A stretch of 64,000 nt of DNA from Desulfomonile tiedjei (GTDB lineage: Bacteria; Desulfobacterota; Desulfomonilia; Desulfomonilales; Desulfomonilaceae): positions 13,726-77,725 of the forward strand of contig JACRDF010000043.1 in NCBI GenBank assembly GCA_016212925.1, in the 5' to 3' direction. Of this stretch, positions 1-9,466 are shown one piece after another. Both the position numbers and the translations under genes were made by a program. Numbering within the stretch: the stretch's first letter is position 1; each line of letters begins with the position of its first letter. Under the pieces are notes generated by a model. It worked only from the letters and a program-made list of their open reading frames with translations, searched no databases and had not been told where the DNA came from.

Positions 1-740
1 ATCGGTAAAGGCACATCCCAGTACGAGGATGCCCCGAACTGACACAGCCGTTGAACGACTCTGGAAGGCCCCGCGTTGTACGCCGCGGCTGTGAGAAGCC
101 AATCCTTGAAGCCCTCCCGTTCGACCTTGTCGCTGAGGCTGACCTTCTTGACTCCGTTCATCCAGGCCAGATACTTGGCTGCCGAATGAGTGGAGTTCAC
201 CAAATCGGCCCGCTCATCCTTCCAATGGTTAATATTCATTTTCCAGTTGTACTGCTCGCAGCCGTGTGGGCCACACTGCGCGGTGGCCTTGATGAATTGC
301 CAGTAGCCGTACGCGCCCGCTGAAGATAAAGCCCTGCTGTCATAGCTGGATTCAATTGCCGCGAGGTATAGGAACTCCGGCGGCACATCGTATTTTTTTA
401 GAATCGGCAAGATTACAGGTCTCAAGGTGTCCGCCCGAGCCAGCCACAACAACACTCTCGAACGCCGATCCAGAAGCAGGTAGTTAATTTCCTTGACTAT
501 TCTCTCTTGAACGTCCCGGCGAGAGATAGGAACCGTCGTCCCGGTAAACACCAGTCCTGACTTTTCGACATGTGGAGGTAGTCCAAACCGAGACGAGTCA
601 GGCGTGGCTTCCAGGTGCGGAGCGGAACAGATCTCCGCACTTACGCTGTTTGGGGCGTCAAGCCCTCCTATAGCCAGGATGACAAGTGCGGTTATTATAG
701 TTGCGGATTTCAAACGCTTCTTCCTGAAGAGGGTTGTCAA
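1..740 (-). CDS. Lytic transglycosylase (SLT-domain) protein, partial; its C-terminus lies beyond the window start
   Basis: Manual minus-strand translation from a TTG at 740 is open to position 1. It gives an N-terminal signal-like segment (LKSATIITALVILAIGG), an SLT catalytic ES motif (AAIESSYDSRALSSAGAYGYWQF) and AAAYNAGPSRV. The ORF track misses it because the reading frame has no stop inside the window (it runs off the window edge) and no ATG start. Confidence 0.55.
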   Translation of the reverse strand, partial: MTTLFRKKRLKSATIITALVILAIGGLDAPNSVSAEICSAPHLEATPDSSRFGLPPHVEKSGLVFTGTTVPISRRDVQERIVKEINYLLLDRRSRVLLWLARADTLRPVILPILKKYDVPPEFLYLAAIESSYDSRALSSAGAYGYWQFIKATAQCGPHGCEQYNWKMNINHWKDERADLVNSTHSAAKYLAWMNGVKKVSLSDKVEREGFKDWLLTAAAYNAGPSRVVQRLCQFGASSYWDVPLP

Positions 741-846
741 TGCAGGTGAAAGCTCCTATGCCCGCTCAAGGCCAAGCATTGCTCTAATGGTGAAGCCAAC
801 TCGGGAGTCCGCCACATGGCGGTCCCTGTGGCTCACCTCCAAGCCC

Positions 847-1893
847 CTATAACACGATGGCCATGACTCTCTCAAGCAGCATCAATTCCCGCTTGGCCAG
901 GACGATGTTTTTGTACATAGGGTTCATGGATTTGAGAAGTAGGCTTTCGCCCACAAATTCCACTTTCTTCACGAAAGCTCGACCGTCGGAGCGATTCTTG
1001 AAAATTACCAGGTCCCCGTCTTTAACTTCTTCCCAGGATTCGGGCTTGATGAACAGAAGTGTCCCGTCACCGAAGAATTCCTGCAAGGAATCACCTCTGA
1101 CTCTTACACAATAGAGTCGTTGAGCAAAGGACGGGTCCACTCCAGGAGGTATTTCGACCTGCTCGAAGCCCTCGCCTGCTGCGAACCCTCCGTCGGTAAA
1201 CTCAAATCCCATTCCTGCGCTGACATGGCCTACCATTGGGATTGTTCGAGCATATGTGAATCCCGGCGTGTCAGACAGGATTTTGGCCAACGTCTCCATT
1301 GCTTCACGAATTGTGCTCGCTTCGGCAAAGACCCGGACATCGTCGACCTCCGAGTCCCAAGCCCATGAGAAAGGTTTGTCCTGAAGGAATCGGACCAGTT
1401 CTTCATCGATGAACTCTCGATTGGACCTCGCGCGGTTACAGAATTCTTTGAACCTCGTCGGAGAGTACGCACGTCCTTCGTCCGGCTCTTCTTGCAGGAT
1501 CATGTAGATCTGCACCATGGCTTGTATGACTCGGTTTTCCGCAGGGTGCAGCTCCATGGAGCGCACTTCGTCCATGAGGCCTTTATCGCGAGCATTCAGG
1601 CGCTTCAGGAGCAACTCCCGTATCTTCGGGAATTTTGCGCTGGGACGAGGCGGAACTCTGTGGAGTTCGAAGCGCACAAGATCCAGGATTTCATCCTCCG
1701 AGGCTGCCAGGAACTCGGCCCAGGTTCTCAACTGCGCCCGATTTCGCGGCCTTCCCAGGTCAGGAGGGTTCTTTTTTCCCGTAAATATCTGAGAAACGTA
1801 GGCAGGAGAAACCCCAAGCTGTTCAGCCAGGGTTTTCTGGTTTCTTCCCAGCCGCCTGCTTCTCTCTTTGGCGAAAGATCCGAATGTTTTCAT
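847..1893 (-). CDS. XRE-family HTH transcriptional regulator fused to an S24 LexA/CI-like self-cleaving peptidase domain
   Basis: N-terminal HTH (LAEQLGVSPAYVSQIFTGKKNP). The C-terminus is S24-like (VRVRGDSLQEFFGDGTLLFIKP...GDLVIFKNRSDGRAFVKKV). At 348 aa it carries a roughly 150 aa insert between the two domains. Confidence 0.7.
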   Translation of the reverse strand: MKTFGSFAKERSRRLGRNQKTLAEQLGVSPAYVSQIFTGKKNPPDLGRPRNRAQLRTWAEFLAASEDEILDLVRFELHRVPPRPSAKFPKIRELLLKRLNARDKGLMDEVRSMELHPAENRVIQAMVQIYMILQEEPDEGRAYSPTRFKEFCNRARSNREFIDEELVRFLQDKPFSWAWDSEVDDVRVFAEASTIREAMETLAKILSDTPGFTYARTIPMVGHVSAGMGFEFTDGGFAAGEGFEQVEIPPGVDPSFAQRLYCVRVRGDSLQEFFGDGTLLFIKPESWEEVKDGDLVIFKNRSDGRAFVKKVEFVGESLLLKSMNPMYKNIVLAKRELMLLERVMAIVL

Positions 1894-2130
1894 ATCTCGT
1901 GGACACCAGGTATTATCGCTTTTGTTGGATGCGCGGCGAATCAGTGGATAAGTTTACCATAATATTTAACAAAAATTCTAGACTATTGAAATTAACTGTC
2001 AAGGGAAATTTTCCAGCCGCAGCTTGCCTCGAATGCCCCGGCGCTGGCTGGCTAGGTCTGGTTCTCAGGCTCTGCCCGGAAACACATGTCATTTCAACCA
2101 AGCCAGGGAGGCGGAGCCTTGGAGCCGGGA

Positions 2131-2215
2131 AAAAATGTGCCGGCACGGAGGCGGCACCTACCAATTTCTAAGAGGCGCTCTCCGTAATCGGACACTGTTT
2201 TTGACACCTGCTATA
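2131..2215. repeat. ~85 nt dispersed intergenic repeat (family C), copy 1; copy 2 is at 31067-31138
   Basis: The core aaaatgtgccggcacggaggcggcacctaccaatttc...tcggacactgtttttgacacctgctat matches 31067-31138 with a few substitutions. Confidence 0.5.
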
Positions 2216-2291
2216 ACGTAACAATCGGTTCAAAAAAAACACCCGCGGGGACGAACCCCACGGGCGTCTGTGTGAAAGAGATGAGGGAGAC

Positions 2292-3257
2292 CTAAAACTG
2301 AAGAGCGAAATCGAGATAAGGGCCCTCAACTCCTACGTCTGCAAAGAGCCGCCCCCTATTTCCGTCGATTTTCCACTGTTTGTAGCCGATCTTGAATCCC
2401 GCGTCGACGTTCCTGCTCACGGGTGGGGCTACACCTGCTGCCAAGTCCCACGTGGATAGCCCGAGACCGCCAAAATTCATCCAGCTGAAGCGTCCCTCGA
2501 GGTACGGCTTGAACCATGAGAAATAGCCCGTGTTCTGTGGGTCGTACCTCAAATGGGCCCCTATTGCCGGCTGTAGAATGGTTTGAGAGAAATCAGCCGA
2601 CTCTCCGCTGCCTTTAACCACTCGCTGGGTCCATCTTATGATGTGAAGGTCTGCATTCGGTCCGAAGGTAAGTTCCCTGCCGAAGGAGACATCATAGTCC
2701 CCTCCGATCAACAAAGTCGTGATGTTCAGGTCCGACTGAATCGCATCATCCCTTTTCAAGAGCAGGCCGGCGAAATTACCGTCCCCGGGCACGTGGCCAG
2801 GCCCGTCCCAGATCCAGGGCGCATACTCCAACCTGAGCCCGATCCGGTCCCACACCCGCAAATACGAGTAGAACTCCCACAACGTCCTTTCGGGTGGGAG
2901 TCGCAAGTGTCCGACAAGGTTCAGGTAAGTTCCCTCACCTCCCCTGCTGACAACCTTGCTCGACCCGGCTATCGTGCTGAAGAAGGGACGCATCCCAAGG
3001 GCAAAGGCGTATCCTCTCTTGGGACAAAGGACTTCGCGCCGTGCCTGCCCCGCCGCCACTTCCCAATCGGAGGGACCGAAACGTGACGCTCTGCCAACAC
3101 CGCCTGAGGTCACATCGGGTTGATCGGTCCCTGAAACTCTGATCTTAACCGGATACCGGTATTGCTGCTCCCACGCATCCGCCACGCTCGTTGCCATCAA
3201 CATGACGGCGAGGACGAGAAGAGCACAGGGAATTCTGGTCAGGCCCCTTGCCTGCAT
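2292..3257 (-). CDS. Outer-membrane beta-barrel protein (signal peptide, C-terminal aromatic residue)
   Basis: Signal peptide MQARGLTRIPCALLVLAVMLMATSVADA. The sequence ends ...YLDFALQF with a terminal Phe, as expected for an OMP beta-signal. Alternating amphipathic strands. Confidence 0.5.
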   Translation of the reverse strand: MQARGLTRIPCALLVLAVMLMATSVADAWEQQYRYPVKIRVSGTDQPDVTSGGVGRASRFGPSDWEVAAGQARREVLCPKRGYAFALGMRPFFSTIAGSSKVVSRGGEGTYLNLVGHLRLPPERTLWEFYSYLRVWDRIGLRLEYAPWIWDGPGHVPGDGNFAGLLLKRDDAIQSDLNITTLLIGGDYDVSFGRELTFGPNADLHIIRWTQRVVKGSGESADFSQTILQPAIGAHLRYDPQNTGYFSWFKPYLEGRFSWMNFGGLGLSTWDLAAGVAPPVSRNVDAGFKIGYKQWKIDGNRGRLFADVGVEGPYLDFALQF

Positions 3258-3567
3258 TAGCGTACCTCCAAACGGTGTTGAACCGGAGTGTCGAAGATCT
3301 CATTGGAACTGGTTACGGAAATTTCTAGCAATGGATTTGACCTTCCCCGGAGTGTCACCGGATTTTCCCCGCTGGGTAGAGGACCCGCGAGAGCGGGCCT
3401 TCGCATGATGTTTCTGATGCCTATCCCAAACGTGGAAGAATGTCAAGATTTTTCTGATTATTATATGATTTTATTCTAAGGTGTTATGAGCTAATATTAA
3501 AGTAAATCTTTATCTATGGCAATGAATCGGTGCCGGCTCAAAAAAATTATCGAACACTAAAAGCCGG

Positions 3568-4962
3568 CTACTTCCCTACGCAAAAACGTTCGAAGATCCG
3601 GTCGAGGATCCCTTCGTCCACACGCTCACCAGTGATCTCTTCCAGAAAATCGAGCGCTTTTCTGATTTCCAGCGACACGATTTCCGGCTTAACTGTTCCC
3701 GCTCTGTCAAACGCTTCGATCAAATCTTTCATTGGCATCAGGGCCGCGTGCACCAGCAGCAAACCTCGGTCGGTCAAGGACCCGGAAAGGCCTGCCGTGG
3801 CCCGAGAAGTCAGTCTGTGGCCCTGGTCCGCGATGGCCTTTTCAAGAGTGCTGAGGTTTTGTCCCGTCCTTGCACTGATCGCCACCCTGGGCCAGTGGTC
3901 GGGACCGGGGATCTTGTTCTCATCCAGCGCAAGCCCGAGGTCCTGCTTGTTCAGAATTAGGATGGTATTCTTTTCTCGGCAGGCATCGAGGACCATAGCA
4001 TCGGCGTCATCCATCGGCTGGGCCCCATCGAGGACAGCCAGTACAAGGTCCGCGGTCTTGATCCTCTCGTGGGTGCGCCGAATCCCCTCTTCTTCTACCG
4101 GCTCGGGATCATGTCGAATCCCTGCGGTATCGCACAGTAGATAAGCCGTTTCATCCAGGAGGAGGAAGTCGTCCACCAGATCACGGGTAGTGCCCGGATA
4201 GGGCGTCACAATAACGCGGTCACTGCGCAAGAGCGCATTAAACAGAGTGGACTTGCCCACATTCGGCTTGCCCACGATTACCGTGTTTATCCCCTGCCTC
4301 CGAATTTTTCCCGCCTCCGAATTCTCCAGCAGACCCTGCATCTGATCTGCTACACCTCTGATTATCCCCTCCAGGTCCGGCGCAGGTTCTTGATCGTCGT
4401 CATCAAAGTCAATGTGCGCTTCCAGGGTGGCGAGGCCGTCTTTCAGCGCGTCGGAAATCTGGGCCATCTCTTTGGAGACCGAGCTTTCCAGCGTTGCACG
4501 GGCTTCTTCCGCGGCAGCCATACTGCGGGCCTCAATTAGGTCGATAACCGCTTCCGCTTGAATCAGATCGAGCCTGCCGGACAGGAACGCTCGCCGGGTG
4601 AATTCCCCGCGCGTAGCAGGACGAGCGCCCAGATTCGTTATCAGACGCTCCACGGCATCCAGAACAACAGGACTGCCGTGCAAGCTCAACTCCACCATAT
4701 CCTCCCCGGTATAAGAGGCCGGACTGCGCATTACTAGAGCGATCCCGTCATCAAGGGTCCTCCCGTCATGAGGATGAACGACCCTTCCGTAAACCGCGGC
4801 CCGATCCGAGAACTCTCCGCTTTTTCCCCGGGGATGGAAGATTTTCCGCAGTATGCCCAGCGCGTCGGGACCACTGATGCGAATGACTCCGATGCCCGAA
4901 TAGCCGCGGGGTGTGGAAAGAGCTACGATAGTGTCACTGGATATGCTCGGTCTCGTGGTCAT
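3568..4962 (-). CDS. mnmE: tRNA modification GTPase MnmE (TrmE)
   Basis: N-terminal DTIVALSTPRG motif, G-domain GKPNVGKSTLFNAL and C-terminal CVGK. The gene ends the rpmH-rnpA-yidD-yidC-jag-mnmE operon. Confidence 0.9.
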   Translation of the reverse strand: MTTRPSISSDTIVALSTPRGYSGIGVIRISGPDALGILRKIFHPRGKSGEFSDRAAVYGRVVHPHDGRTLDDGIALVMRSPASYTGEDMVELSLHGSPVVLDAVERLITNLGARPATRGEFTRRAFLSGRLDLIQAEAVIDLIEARSMAAAEEARATLESSVSKEMAQISDALKDGLATLEAHIDFDDDDQEPAPDLEGIIRGVADQMQGLLENSEAGKIRRQGINTVIVGKPNVGKSTLFNALLRSDRVIVTPYPGTTRDLVDDFLLLDETAYLLCDTAGIRHDPEPVEEEGIRRTHERIKTADLVLAVLDGAQPMDDADAMVLDACREKNTILILNKQDLGLALDENKIPGPDHWPRVAISARTGQNLSTLEKAIADQGHRLTSRATAGLSGSLTDRGLLLVHAALMPMKDLIEAFDRAGTVKPEIVSLEIRKALDFLEEITGERVDEGILDRIFERFCVGK

Positions 4963-5139
4963 GGCAGGACAATTCTTGCAGGTGCATGCGAAAATAAAAC
5001 TGTGGGGAAGCTCTTTTTTGTTAACACTGGTGAGCGCGGCGCGACGATTAGTCTTCGGGCTCGCCTCGCCTCAGCCCAAACCCGGCTGACTAAAAGGAAG
5101 ACGTAGCCGCCTGCTTTTGCCTCCGGATGCCGCTTGGAA

Positions 5140-5275
5140 CTGTCATTGCGAGGAGTGGAACGAGGAAGCAGTCTCATCTTCGGTGGGACGGGCATCTTGC
5201 CCGTCATTCCAATGGACAGGCGGGACGCCTGTCCCACCATTGGAGATTGCTTCGGGCTGCGCCCTCGAAATGACA
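5140..5275. repeat. Dispersed repeat family E, copy 1: a small MITE-like element with terminal inverted repeats (ctgtcattgcgaggagtg ... ccctcgaaatgacag)
   Basis: The motifs attgcgaggagtg(g/a)aacga(g/c)gaagca(g/a)tctc and gggacgcctgtcccacca are shared with 47610-47690 and 55622-55760. Confidence 0.45.
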
Positions 5276-5364
5276 GGTTCATGGAATCCCGTCACCTCAA
5301 GCGGATCTAAGGTCATAGTCCATTTACAAAAAGTTGCTTCCCGCAATTTCCTGGTTTCAATTTC

Positions 5365-6213
5365 TTATCGTCTTCGGCGTTTGCTCACCGGCCCTCGCCG
5401 GGGGTATACGACGATCCTTCGGAGGGCCCCCTCACCGTAACTCTTTGTATACACCTCGCGATCTTCGGCCAGGAAGAGGTGAATTAAACGTCTTTCGTAC
5501 GGCGGCATCGGGTTTAAGGCAACCGGTTTCAAGGTTTTCTTGGCCTTCTGGCTGGATTTCAAGGCCGTCTCACGAAGACTTTCCCTTTTTCGGAGTCTGT
5601 AGCTCTCGGTGTCCACAACTATTTCGATCTTTTCACCCGGCGCGTTTTCCTTGTTGACGATTTTGTTCACCAAAAACTGGAGCGCGTCCAGGGTCTGACC
5701 CTTTTTCCCGATCAGCAAGCCCGATCCGTCCCCTTTGATATCAAGGTACACGGCTCCTTCCACTATGGAGGCATCGACTTGAGCATCCACAGGGATCCGT
5801 TTGAGGATCTCCTGCAGGACTGTCGAAGCTTCCTGCATGTACGACGACTGTTCGGGGGTAGGCTCGGTAGGTTCGGGCCGTGTGAGCACAGGCACAAAGT
5901 CAGGAGTCGCCTGCAAGTCTTCGGTTGCCGATTCGAAGTACTCCTCCTCGGCTACCTCGCGGGCGGGAGGTGGTTCTATTTCCATGGCGTCTTCTTCCGC
6001 GGCCGCGGCAGGTTCAGCTTGCATCACTTCCTGAAATATGTTGCGTTTGCGAACCCTTATGCGGGCGTCTCTTTGGCCCACGATTCCCAGGAATCCCCGT
6101 GTACTCTCTTCCAACACGTCGATTTCCAGAAGGGCTTCGTCCACATCAAGCTCTTCGCACGCTTTAGCAACGGCCTCTTTGACGGACTTTCCGGTAAATT
6201 CGTAAAACGACAT
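5365..6213 (-). CDS. Jag/KhpB RNA-binding protein (Jag_N, KH and R3H domains)
   Basis: N-terminus MSFYEFTGKSVKEAVAKACEELDVDEALLEIDVLEE (Jag_N). C-terminal KH/R3H region (IGKKGQTLDALQFL...RRLIHL). It sits immediately downstream of yidC. Confidence 0.75.
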   Translation of the reverse strand: MSFYEFTGKSVKEAVAKACEELDVDEALLEIDVLEESTRGFLGIVGQRDARIRVRKRNIFQEVMQAEPAAAAEEDAMEIEPPPAREVAEEEYFESATEDLQATPDFVPVLTRPEPTEPTPEQSSYMQEASTVLQEILKRIPVDAQVDASIVEGAVYLDIKGDGSGLLIGKKGQTLDALQFLVNKIVNKENAPGEKIEIVVDTESYRLRKRESLRETALKSSQKAKKTLKPVALNPMPPYERRLIHLFLAEDREVYTKSYGEGALRRIVVYPRRGPVSKRRRR

Positions 6214-6226
6214 GACTCTATTCCTC

Positions 6227-7945
6227 TTACTTGGCCATTTTGTTGGTGATAACCTGCTGACCTATCGAAAGCACGTTACTTATCAACCAATAAAGAACCA
6301 GGCCCGAAGGAAAACTCAGAAACAGGTAAGTGAAAACCACCGGCATTATCAGCATCATCTTTTTCTGAGTGGGGTCTCCTCCGGAGGGAGTCATCCACTG
6401 TTGCAGCACCATGGTCCCACCCATGAGAACAGGTGTCACGTAATAGGGATCCGGCGCAGAAAGATCGTTGATGCACAGATAGATTGAGGGAAGGCATACA
6501 AACGGCGCATTCCTCAGCTCGATGGCATAGGACAAGGCCTGGTACAGCGCGATGAAAACCGGCATTTGTAGAAACATGGGCCAACATCCGCCGAGAGGGT
6601 TGACCTTTTGCTCTCGAAACAGGTCCATGGTTGCCTTATTAAGGCCGGCCTTGTCGTCCTTGTATTTCTCCTTCAGTTTCGCTAACTGAGGCTGTAGGTC
6701 CTGCATCCGTTTCATGGATTTCATGCTCTTGTGAGTTAGAGGGATGAACAGGATTTTTATCAGTATGGTCAACAGGATGATATCTATCCCGTAGTTATGG
6801 GTCCCTGGAATCCTGATCCCCGCGATCTCGAAACCGGAATTGCAGAACCTCAGAAATTTCATCAAGTATTCGGACGTGATGTCCAATATTTTATAATTGC
6901 TATAGAAAAGGGCCCTGGAAAGATCGTAGCCCGCGGCGGTCAGGGCTTCCCTCTCCTTGGGTCCCAGGTACAGAGACAGATCCGTTGTCACTGCCTGACC
7001 CTGCGGTATGTCTACCCCTCCGTACCTTACCTCGATCTCGGCCACATTTTCTTTGGTGGGTTTGTAAAGCGTGACCTTTCCTGCAGGGTTTTTGCCGAAT
7101 ATCAGCGCCTTGAAAAAGTAGACGTCCCCCAGCCCGGCCCATTCAATCTTACCCGAGGGTTCTTCATTGCCTTTGATATCTTTGAAGTAGTAGTCCTTGA
7201 GTTCACCGTTTAACAGTATCTCCACGCTGTTCCAACTGAACCTATTCGACGACTCATCCTCGAAAGCTTTGCGCCAAGGAAGGGTGATCAAGTAGTTGCG
7301 GTTCTCATTGGAATTGTTGGTAAGAGTAAACGAGAAGCCGACATCGTAATTGTCCGAATTAAAAACGAACGTCTTGGCTATCCCTATTCCGGCCGCGGTG
7401 GCGGCTTTGAAGGTGATCGATTTTTTCGCACCTTTTTCGGTGAGAGAAACCGCCGTCTCCGGGGAATCGTAGTTATACGACAAGGACGCGTCGTTGAAGG
7501 TCTCGTCCCGTCCGGTAAACATGATGGACGGCCCGGAAGAATCCAACTCTTCGGGAGCAAAGAGATTGACAAGCTCTTTACCGGTCAAAGATGTGGCGTA
7601 ATCCTTGAGCTTGAAGGAAATGATACGCGCGCCTTTGGATGAGATTACTGCTTCGTATTTGGGCGTGTCGACCTTAACCAGCATGTCTTTGGCTGCGGGA
7701 GGAGCTGTTCCCTCGGGAGCCGGCCTAACCACTGACGGTGCCGGTTTGGTTTCGGACGGGGCCGCAGGAGTAGACAGAGGAGATGGAGCGGTAGGAGCAG
7801 TCGTCTCGGTAACCGGCGGCACTTTCTTGGCAGGAGGCGGTGGAGGGGAAAAGGCCTGAAAGAAGTATTGGAATACTACGATTATTACAACTGATAAGAC
7901 TATTGCCAGAATAAGGTTGCGGTCCATGCTTTTCTCCCCCAGCAA
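6227..7945 (-). CDS. yidC: Membrane protein insertase YidC
   Basis: N-terminal TM helix, a Pro/Ala/Thr-rich periplasmic linker and the conserved C-terminal 5-TM core (WGIAIILLTILIKILFIPLT..., ...PSGLVLYW). Its position after rnpA-yidD supports the call. Confidence 0.9.
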   Translation of the reverse strand: MLGEKSMDRNLILAIVLSVVIIVVFQYFFQAFSPPPPPAKKVPPVTETTAPTAPSPLSTPAAPSETKPAPSVVRPAPEGTAPPAAKDMLVKVDTPKYEAVISSKGARIISFKLKDYATSLTGKELVNLFAPEELDSSGPSIMFTGRDETFNDASLSYNYDSPETAVSLTEKGAKKSITFKAATAAGIGIAKTFVFNSDNYDVGFSFTLTNNSNENRNYLITLPWRKAFEDESSNRFSWNSVEILLNGELKDYYFKDIKGNEEPSGKIEWAGLGDVYFFKALIFGKNPAGKVTLYKPTKENVAEIEVRYGGVDIPQGQAVTTDLSLYLGPKEREALTAAGYDLSRALFYSNYKILDITSEYLMKFLRFCNSGFEIAGIRIPGTHNYGIDIILLTILIKILFIPLTHKSMKSMKRMQDLQPQLAKLKEKYKDDKAGLNKATMDLFREQKVNPLGGCWPMFLQMPVFIALYQALSYAIELRNAPFVCLPSIYLCINDLSAPDPYYVTPVLMGGTMVLQQWMTPSGGDPTQKKMMLIMPVVFTYLFLSFPSGLVLYWLISNVLSIGQQVITNKMAK

Positions 7946-8013
7946 GGGGTCTCTGTCTTAGGAGATCTAAAAGATCCCTTGAGCGTATTCATCCCCCTGG
8001 CGTGCGCCGTTGT

Positions 8014-8262
8014 TTACGGAACAGGGTCGAACCCTCCCGGTCCAAAGGGCCGGCACTTGATCAAGCGCCTCAGCGCCAACCAGAGGCCTTTGAAGACACC
8101 GTGGGTCAGCACGGCTTCACGGGCATATTCGGAACAGGTGGGATGAAAGCGGCATGCGGAAGGAAAGAGTGGTGAAAGGAAAACCTGGTACAGCCGTATC
8201 ACCGCTCCGAAGACGTATCTGCTCGCGTACAGAATCTCTTTTCGAAAAATCGGTCCAACTCG
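8014..8262 (-). CDS. yidD: Membrane protein insertion efficiency factor YidD; start uncertain (probably non-ATG), the ORF-track version is over-extended into rnpA
   Basis: Contains the [34 protein letters not shown]...GFDPVP motif. The only in-frame ATG at 8397 would overlap rnpA by about 200 nt. Confidence 0.65.
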   Translation of the reverse strand, partial: RVGPIFRKEILYASRYVFGAVIRLYQVFLSPLFPSACRFHPTCSEYAREAVLTHGVFKGLWLALRRLIKCRPFGPGGFDPVP

Positions 8263-8558
8263 TCCTGGAGTTGATGCATGCTCAAAGTAGCAGCTCCGTC
8301 CTGAGCGACAAATACTATATCCGTCTCGGGTGGCATTTTTTCCCGATTCAGCCTGAAGTATTCTCGGAGCCTCCTCTTGACCCGATTTCGAGCGCAAGCG
8401 TTCCCAGCTTTCCTGCCGACCGCTATTCCCAGCCGAGTTATGCCCACCGGGTTCTTGAGCATTCGGATATGAAAATGGGGCGTGTTAGAGCGGACACCTC
8501 TTCGCATGATTCTCCGATAGTCGGAGGAGTTGCGAATTCTAGCTTCTTTGTCAAGCTT
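8199..8558 (-). CDS. rnpA: RNase P protein component RnpA; start approximate, no canonical start codon directly after the rpmH stop
   Basis: [15 protein letters not shown]...[24 protein letters not shown] matches the RnpA consensus (RLKK..F..V...GxxVxxKxGxAVxRNRxKR). It lies directly downstream of rpmH. Confidence 0.75.
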   Translation of the reverse strand, partial: KLDKEARIRNSSDYRRIMRRGVRSNTPHFHIRMLKNPVGITRLGIAVGRKAGNACARNRVKRRLREYFRLNREKMPPETDIVFVAQDGAATLSMHQLQDELDRFFEKRFCTRADTSSER

Positions 8559-8571
8559 AAAACGCCTCGGT

Positions 8572-8706
8572 TTAGACCGACAGGCGTTTGCGTCCTTTTG
8601 CCCTTCTCCGCTTGAGGACAATTCTTCCACTTTGAGTCCTCATCCGAATGCGGAAACCGTGAGTCCTCTTACGTGAGGTATTGCTCGGTTGAAACGTTCT
8701 TTTCAC
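8572..8706 (-). CDS. rpmH: 50S ribosomal protein L34, 44 aa with GTG start; missing from the ORF track because it is under 60 aa
   Basis: Manual minus-strand translation gives [44 protein letters not shown] followed by a stop. This is a near-canonical L34 sequence. Confidence 0.85.
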   Translation of the reverse strand: MKRTFQPSNTSRKRTHGFRIRMRTQSGRIVLKRRRAKGRKRLSV

Positions 8707-9157
8707 TTGGCTTCCCTAACCTTCTAGTCGAACCTCTAAACTGTTCATGTAACCAAATACCGCTGAGGAAGTCAAGAGTCTTTTGACAATGTGCGCGTGC
8801 ATTCACTGACGCGGGGATGCCTCAGCCGCCACAGAAGAATTTATTCACCGCCGAGATCGCTGAGCGCACGGCCGTGCGCCCATGCGTCTTCTCTGCGCCC
8901 TCCGCGGTAAAACGATATTGTTCCACTTCCGCGCTTAACTGAATGATTGCCAATCGGCGCAATCATCGAGTTGTGTGAGAAAAATGTCGCTTCTCGGTCA
9001 TTGCAAGGAGTGACATCCCCACGAAAAATAGCTTGAAGGTGCGAAAGAAATAGCCGCCTGGCAACCATTCGGTCAATTATTTCGCAGGCTCGCTCTTTCA
9101 TACCACCGGCCGCGCGGCTCGGTCCATTTCACCGCCCGACCATAAGATCTTGAAAAC

Positions 9158-9200
9158 CGGGGATAAATGCCGGGCAAAAAAAAAGCCCTTGGTTCAGGGC
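9158..9200 (-). terminator. Two consecutive hairpins, each followed by a T-run on the minus strand (agccctgaaccaagggcttttttttt; gcccggcatttatccccggtttt): candidate rho-independent terminator pair
   Basis: The stem-loops and U-tracts are read directly from the sequence. They lie about 270 nt downstream of the PhnD-like gene stop. Confidence 0.4.
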
Positions 9201-9466
9201 TAAAGGGTAATGGCTTTATTTCTTCTTGAGTTACCAGATAAAGGAGCAACTTACGTGCCAAATTATCAACATTTTGGACCGCGGAGGACCTTTTATTTTT
9301 CATGCCGATTCTCAAAAGTAATTTCCGATTGCCCGGAGTGGCCGATGGCCTGCTCAATGCGCCAAAATTAAGCGGTTTCCTCGGACGGGTGCCACTGCCG
9401 GCTTGTCCGGGGCGGATCGCTTCACCTGCTCTGCCACCGAGACGCCAAGCCGCAAGCCTCCGGGCC

